Shown piece after piece: positions 48,634 to 53,454 of a stretch of 53,454 bases of DNA. The stretch's first letter is position 1. Each line of letters opens with the position of its first letter. The notes under the pieces are model-generated. The model was not told the DNA's origin. It was given only the letters and a program-made list of their open reading frames with translations, and did not search any database. Location: positions 1 through 53,454 of the forward strand of contig MEDY01000198.1 in the NCBI GenBank assembly GCA_001724265.1. The letters run 5' to 3'. The position numbers and the translations under genes were made by a program. Source of the stretch: Rhizaria sp. SCN 62-66. Its lineage: Eukaryota.

Positions 48634-51135
48634 ATGTTCCGCTACCTGTCCCAGTTTGCCAGCTCTCGTGCGTCCGCGATGGCCCGCACCGCCACCGCTC
48701 CTCGCCCCGTCCAGGTACGTCTTTGTTCACTTGTTTCACGCATCTATGCACTCAATTCCCTAACCTAAGCTCTTCGTCTACTCCGCCATTTAACTCGCAC
48801 TTTGTTAACATGCTATGTTCCCTTCCAAATCTTCACTTGTTTCACGTGACAACTCGTTGCTTTTCTCGTTCAGGTCCCTGGCGTTGCTCCCAGCCGCGCC
48901 TTCGGTTCCTCCCACGGCCACGGCCACGGCCACGCTGCGCCCATGACCTCCGAGGAGATCCTCGGTCTGCGCATGGTTAAGGAGACCGCCCAGCGCAACG
49001 CCGGTGACGCCACCAACGTGTGCTTGACCGCCGTCGCCTGCGCGCTTGGCGTCACGTACCTCATGTCCTCCCTCAACGACAATGCCGCCGCCGCCCGCGA
49101 GCGCGCCGCCTTCAAGAAGCAGTACGAGCTTGAACGCCTCACCAAGATCGCCGAGGTTGAGCGCCAGCGCGTCGCCGCCATCGCCGCCCTCGCTGCCGCG
49201 AAGGAGGCCGCGGCTGCGGCCGCCGCCGCCGAGGCCGCCGCCGCCGCCGAGGCCGCCGAGGCCGCCGCCAAGAAGGAGGCGCTCGCCAAGGCAATCGCCG
49301 AGGGCAACGCTCCCGCCGAGATCATCAGTGCCGCGTCCGCCGCCGTCGCCGACAGCTACCTCGCTTCGACGCTCGCCGCCACCTCGCTCAACTCCATCTC
49401 CAACATCGCTAAGGACAAGACGGAGAAGGCTGCCGCCGCCGTCGCCCCCGCCGTCGAGGCCGCCGTCGAGGCCGCTGCCGCCGCCGTCTAGGCTCCCGTC
49501 GCCGCCGCCACCGAGGCCGTCGCCGCCGCCGTCGCCCCCGTCGTTGAGGCCGTGACGCCCGTCGCCGAAGCCGTCGCCGCCGCCGTCGCCGCCGCCCCTG
49601 CCGCCGCCTCTGCGGCGGCCACCGGCTCCGTCAACGTGGTGGCGTCCGCGCTGTAGGTGCCCATTCACAGCGCCGCCGCGGACCTTACTGCGCGCCTGAC
49701 ATCGCTCGCGGCCGAGTTCGCCGCCGTGATCAATGCGCAGCACGCGCAGAAGGAGGCTGAGGCCAAGGCTGCTAAGGCTGAGGCCGCCAAGGCTGAGGCC
49801 GCCAAGGCCGCCAAGACTGACGCTGCGATGTAGATGCGAAGCAGTTCTAAGTCGAACTCTAACGGCAACGGCAACGGCCCCTCGATGTAGGCGCGCCTGC
49901 CCCACCTGCCCCCCGCCGTGGCCGCCGCCGTCGCGGCCGCGCTCAACGCCACTGTCTCGTCCCCGTCCGGCGACGACGACGACGACACGCAGACCGACTC
50001 TGACATCGCCGCCACGGCCGCCGCTGAGGCCGCCGCGCTCGAGGCCTCGGCTGACGGCGGCAGCAGCGCCGCACAGCCTGTGTTCGTGGCCCCGTCGTCG
50101 GCGGCCGAGCTGTGCATCTTTGCCGGCAACGGCAACCCGCTGCTCGCGCGCGACGTCTGCTCCGCGCTCGGCGTCCAGCTTGGCCGCGCCAACGTCTCTG
50201 CGTTTGCCGATGGCGAGATCAACGTGCGCTTCATCGACTCGGTGCGCGGCCGCGACTGCTACGTGATCCAGTCGCTCTGCGGACCCAACACGCAGGATCA
50301 GATCATGGAGCTGCTGCTCATGATCTCCTGTCTGCGCCGCTCCTCGGCCGAGCGCATCGTCGCCGTGATCCCCTACTTCGCCTACGCGCGCCAGCTCGAC
50401 CCCATCACTTACGGCCGTACTCACATCCCGGCCGCGGACCTGGCGCGCATGATGGAAGCCGCGGGCGTGGACCACGTCGTCGCCGTGGACCTGCACCGGC
50501 CCCAGGTTACGGGCTTCTTCGAGCACACGCCCGTGGACAATCTCGACACGCAGGGCTCCGTGCTGCCTTACCTGCTCAACTCGAAGCATTTCAACCGCCG
50601 GCCCGTGACCGTGGTCGCCCCGGTCGGCGGCACCGTGCGCCGCGCGCTCAAGTTCCGCAATGCTCTCAACCGCGCCGGCGTCGAGGCGGGCATGGCGTTC
50701 TCGTACATGACGTCCGAGCACGGCAAGGTGGTTTCATCGAGCGAGAAGGCACACCACGCGCAGCTGGACATCAGCGCCGAGCACGTTGAGATCGTCGGCG
50801 ACATCAAGGGCCGCGACATCATCATCGTCGACGACATGGTCGACTCGGCCTCGCGCATCTGCGCCGTGTCCTACGCGCTCAAGGCAGGCGGCGCCAAGTC
50901 TGTGTACGCCTACGCCACGCACGGGCTGCTGTCGGGCAACGCGGTCGAGATGATCGAGGCGTCGCCACTCAAGGAGGTCGTCGTGTTCGACACCGTGCCC
51001 GTGCCCATGTCCAAGCAGGTCGGCGCCGTGCGGCAGCTGTCGTCCTCCGCGCTCATTGCTGAGACAATCCGCCGCCTCCACAACAACCAGTCCACCAGCC
51101 ACCTCGCGCACGCCTACGCAGAGTACTCCGAGTGA
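48634..51135 (+). CDS. Mitochondrial-presequence + TM + Ala/Glu coiled-coil + ribose-phosphate pyrophosphokinase (PRPP synthetase)-like gene; exons 48634-48714 and 48874-51135; four in-frame TAG codons; 780 aa if read through, 232 aa if stopped at the first TAG
   Basis: ATG 48634 gives MFRYLSQFASSRASAMARTATAPRPVQ|VPGVAPSRAFGSSHGHGHGH. ORF-track entries 48943-49491 and 49918-51135 are in the same frame. PRS motifs IFAGNGNPLLA, FADGEINVRF..SVRGRD, MELLLMI, VIPYFAYARQ, VDLH..Q..GFF, VGDIKGR..IIVDDM, ATHGLLSG; TGA stop. The expressed structure is uncertain. Confidence 0.75.
48715..48873 (+). other. Spliceosomal intron, 159 nt, phase 0 (GTACGT...TTTTCTCGTTCAG)
   Basis: T/C-rich segment with canonical ends; its removal joins a presequence-like exon in frame to the downstream ORF. 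Confidence 0.85.
50107..51075 (+). other. PRPP-synthetase (class I-like) fold with substituted catalytic motifs
   Basis: Full-length two-domain PRS homology, but RQD->RQL, SPDxG->APVGG, the K-x-R loop is replaced by SYMTSE, and DDMxDTGGT->DDMVDSASR. Confidence 0.85.
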
Positions 51136-51693
51136 GGTCGTCAAGCTTTAGCTTGTTGATGTTATACGCTCAGAAGGCGTAAGCCTTTTGCAGGGGGAAG
51201 ATTTTATCTAAGTAATGACTAATGGTAGCTGTTTACTGTTCGTCTCTAGTGTTTATTTTTCATATATACTACTTACATTATACTGTTGCTTTGTTATCTC
51301 GAGCAAGCAACAAGACAAAACAAAACACAAAAGTGAAAACTCCAAGGGACGTTGTGCTTCGATTCGGAACTGTTACCGTTTGTGACTTTCGATATCAATA
51401 GCCGTCTCTATTGTTTTATGCAACTTGAATGTATTATTTCCCTATTTTATTAAGTAATGAAAGAAATACAAACTTCTGTTATTTTTAGCTCTACACACTC
51501 GACTTGCTATCGCAACGCTCTTGCTCACTCGCTCGTCCTCCTTCCTTCTTGAAAAGTACCAATGGCATCACGATGACCGTCAAGAGCTCTAACGTCACAA
51601 TGCCACATTTTAAAATGATTTGTTATATATAAGCCTTTAATTATATCTCGCCATACTCTAATTTCATTACACAATCCTTCTTAGACTTAGCCC

Positions 51694-53454
51694 ATGCAGG
51701 TGCACCGCGCGCAAGGACATGGTGGACACCAGCACTCGGCCCCGCCCGCGGGTGTGCTGAAGCAGGGTTACCTGACGCTGGAGAAGGACGACATTCCTTT
51801 TGGATCTTACTTTTGCGTTGTGCGCAACCACGTGCTGCTAGTCTACGAGACGCGCGAGGACTCGGACGACGCGTGTCCGTTTTACTTGCTCGACCTCTCT
51901 GGCGCGTTCGTCAAAATGCTGCCCTGGCTCGGCGGCGACGGCGACGACGCGCGTGCCGACCAGGCCTGCATTATTGCGCACGCCGAGTTCCCGCCGCTGA
52001 CGTGCTCCACCACCAATCTCGAGGAGATGCAGGAGTGGCTGCTCGTGCTCACGATCGCATCCACAACTCTGCAGATGTCCTCCGACAGCAACAACAGCAG
52101 CAGCGACTGTGGACAGCTCCCTCCGTGGCTCTACGCCGCCTGCGCCTTCGCGGCTAACCCCACGCTGATCCCCTTTGGCCCGCCGCCGCCGCCGCCCCCG
52201 CTTGACCTCACGCCGCTGTTCCCCGCCTCGCTCATAGTAGCGACGGACTCGTACAGCAACTACGGCAACCCCAGTAGCAGCAGCAGCAGTAGCAGCAGCA
52301 GCAGTAGCAACAGCAGCAGTAGCAGCAGCAGCAGCACAGCGTTGACTCTTCCTGGCTCCCTCAGCGGCGCCAGTGCTGCCGCGAGTGACAGCGAGCTGCA
52401 GCAGCAGCTGTTAGACCAACAACATCACCACCAACAGCAGCAACAGCAGCAGAGTGACGGCACCGACCGGTCTGCCGCGCTCGTGACTCTGGCCGCCTCC
52501 GCCGCCGCGGGCGCGCAGCAGCGCACAATACATGCACTGGCGGCGCTGTCATACAGGCTAGGTGTGTTTACGTACTGCGGCGGCGCCGATATGTTCTCAG
52601 CTGTCGCGCTGCCAAACAATGTCAACCAAAACAGCTATAGCAATCACAATAGCAACGAGAGCAGCGGGGGTCATAGTGAGGGGGCGGGGGGCGCTGCGGT
52701 GATGATGACGACGCTGATGTCGCAGCTGAGTCTTGTCAACGGCGTCGCGGTCGCCGGACAAGAGCAGACAACGAACAACAGTAACTTCTATGATTACGAC
52801 GACACCGTTGAGCCACAGGTACGTTTGTTTAAATATTCGCACACGAGGCTTGTTATAAAAAAATCGAGAGTCATCTCTGATAAATCATTTGACTAACGGA
52901 TTATTATGCTCACATTCCACACTCGACGTCGATCCTCTGCTTTACGTCCAATTCAATAGGGCCCCAACGCTGCCGCGCTAGCGCGTTGCGCAATCCCGAC
53001 TGCGCCTGCGCCTGAGCTGTCCCACTCTGGCTCCAATCTACAGCAACAGCAGTTTGCAAGCGCTGGTTTCAATGAGTCATCGTCATCCTCGTCGCCATCG
53101 TTCCCGTCCCCGTCCGAGTGCGGCTTAACTTCCGTCGCCACGGGGGCGCAGTTCCCTGCCGAGACGCGCGCCGCCGACGACCTAGAGTCGCACTTCTCAG
53201 TGCTGCACTCCTTGCTGACGCGCGTCGACCAGCTCTGCTTTGCGCTGACCTCGGCCTCGGCCTCAACGGCCTCCGCGGTCACGGCAGCGGCTTCCGCGCG
53301 CGCGTCGGCCGCCGCGGCCGCCGCCGCCACGGCCGCCGCGCTGGGCCAGGTCGCGCGCTTCCGCGCCACCACGCGCGCGCTGCTGGCGCTGGCAGCCTCG
53401 GCTCGCGCGGCCGCGGCGGCAACGGTGGGCCGCTGGGCGGCCGCTGGCGCCGCC
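51694..53454 (+). CDS. N-terminal PH-domain protein; exons 51694-52818 and 52960->53454 (runs off the window)
   Basis: PH pattern VLKQGYLTL...YFCVVRNHVLLVYE...LDLSGA...EEMQEWLLVL, followed by poly-Pro, poly-Ser and poly-Gln tracts. After the intron the frame stays open to the window end (GPNAAALARC...). The start codon is not certain. Confidence 0.75.
52273..52335 (+). repeat. Imperfect (AGC/AGT)n coding microsatellite encoding poly-Ser
   Basis: 21 codons, all Ser except one Asn. Confidence 0.9.
52819..52959 (+). other. Spliceosomal intron, 141 nt, phase 0 (GTACGT...GACTAAC...TAG)
   Basis: AT-rich with an in-frame TAA, the same donor as the 48715 intron, and Ala-rich coding sequence resumes in frame at 52960. 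Confidence 0.85.

Noticed and set aside
48805-50721. 638-aa antisense ORF, and similar shadow ORFs at 40360-42006(-), 43137-44039(+), 35570-36601(-) and many within the BEACH gene
   Set aside because: Expected by-products of GC-rich, biased codon usage overlapping real genes; no recognisable motifs.
48874-51135. Genome-wide TAG-to-sense genetic code
   Set aside because: About 15,800 codons in the six other genes contain no internal TAG, versus 4 in 134 codons here. Even 0.1% usage would predict about 16 occurrences. Only a very restricted or context-dependent form remains possible, and that is kept as a finding.
49918-51135. Stand-alone 405-aa PRS gene as given in the ORF track
   Set aside because: The start is GTG in the middle of coding-like sequence, with no AT-rich promoter upstream; the first ATG is inside the domain.
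1-53454. CRISPR arrays, tRNA/rRNA genes, transposase or RT ORFs, prokaryotic operon structure
   Set aside because: None seen. Spliceosomal introns, BEACH, DPH7 and PH domains indicate eukaryotic nuclear DNA, and the repeats present are coding microsatellites.

Overview
Gene-dense eukaryotic (protist-like) nuclear DNA. Coding regions are GC-rich and inflated by Ala/Ser tracts, intergenic spacers are AT-rich (about 250-560 nt), and introns are few (three inferred, all phase 0, donor GTMCGT). Gene order: 3' end of an unknown gene (+); a single-exon 39.5-kb, ~13,161-aa BEACH protein (-) with ConA-like, degenerate kinase, PH, BEACH and WD40 domains; DPH7 (+); a SulP/SLC26 anion transporter (-); 5-formyltetrahydrofolate cyclo-ligase (+, 1 intron); a mitochondrial-presequence/TM/coiled-coil + PRPP-synthetase-like gene (+, 1 intron); and a PH-domain gene (+, 1 intron, truncated at the window end). 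The most striking signal is in the PRPP-synthetase-like gene. It is one continuous frame interrupted by exactly four in-frame TAG codons (49489, 49654, 49831, 49888), with no TAA, TGA or frameshift, and the PRS domain has no usable ATG of its own. About 15,800 codons of neighbouring genes contain no internal TAG. This points to locus-specific UAG recoding or editing, or to alternative splicing that shares a mitochondrial-targeting exon. The PRS domain itself looks catalytically degenerate. Both divergent promoters share an exact 16-bp motif, and a 13-bp direct repeat brackets a ~186-bp insert between DPH7 and SulP. All domain calls come from recalled motifs; no database search was run.
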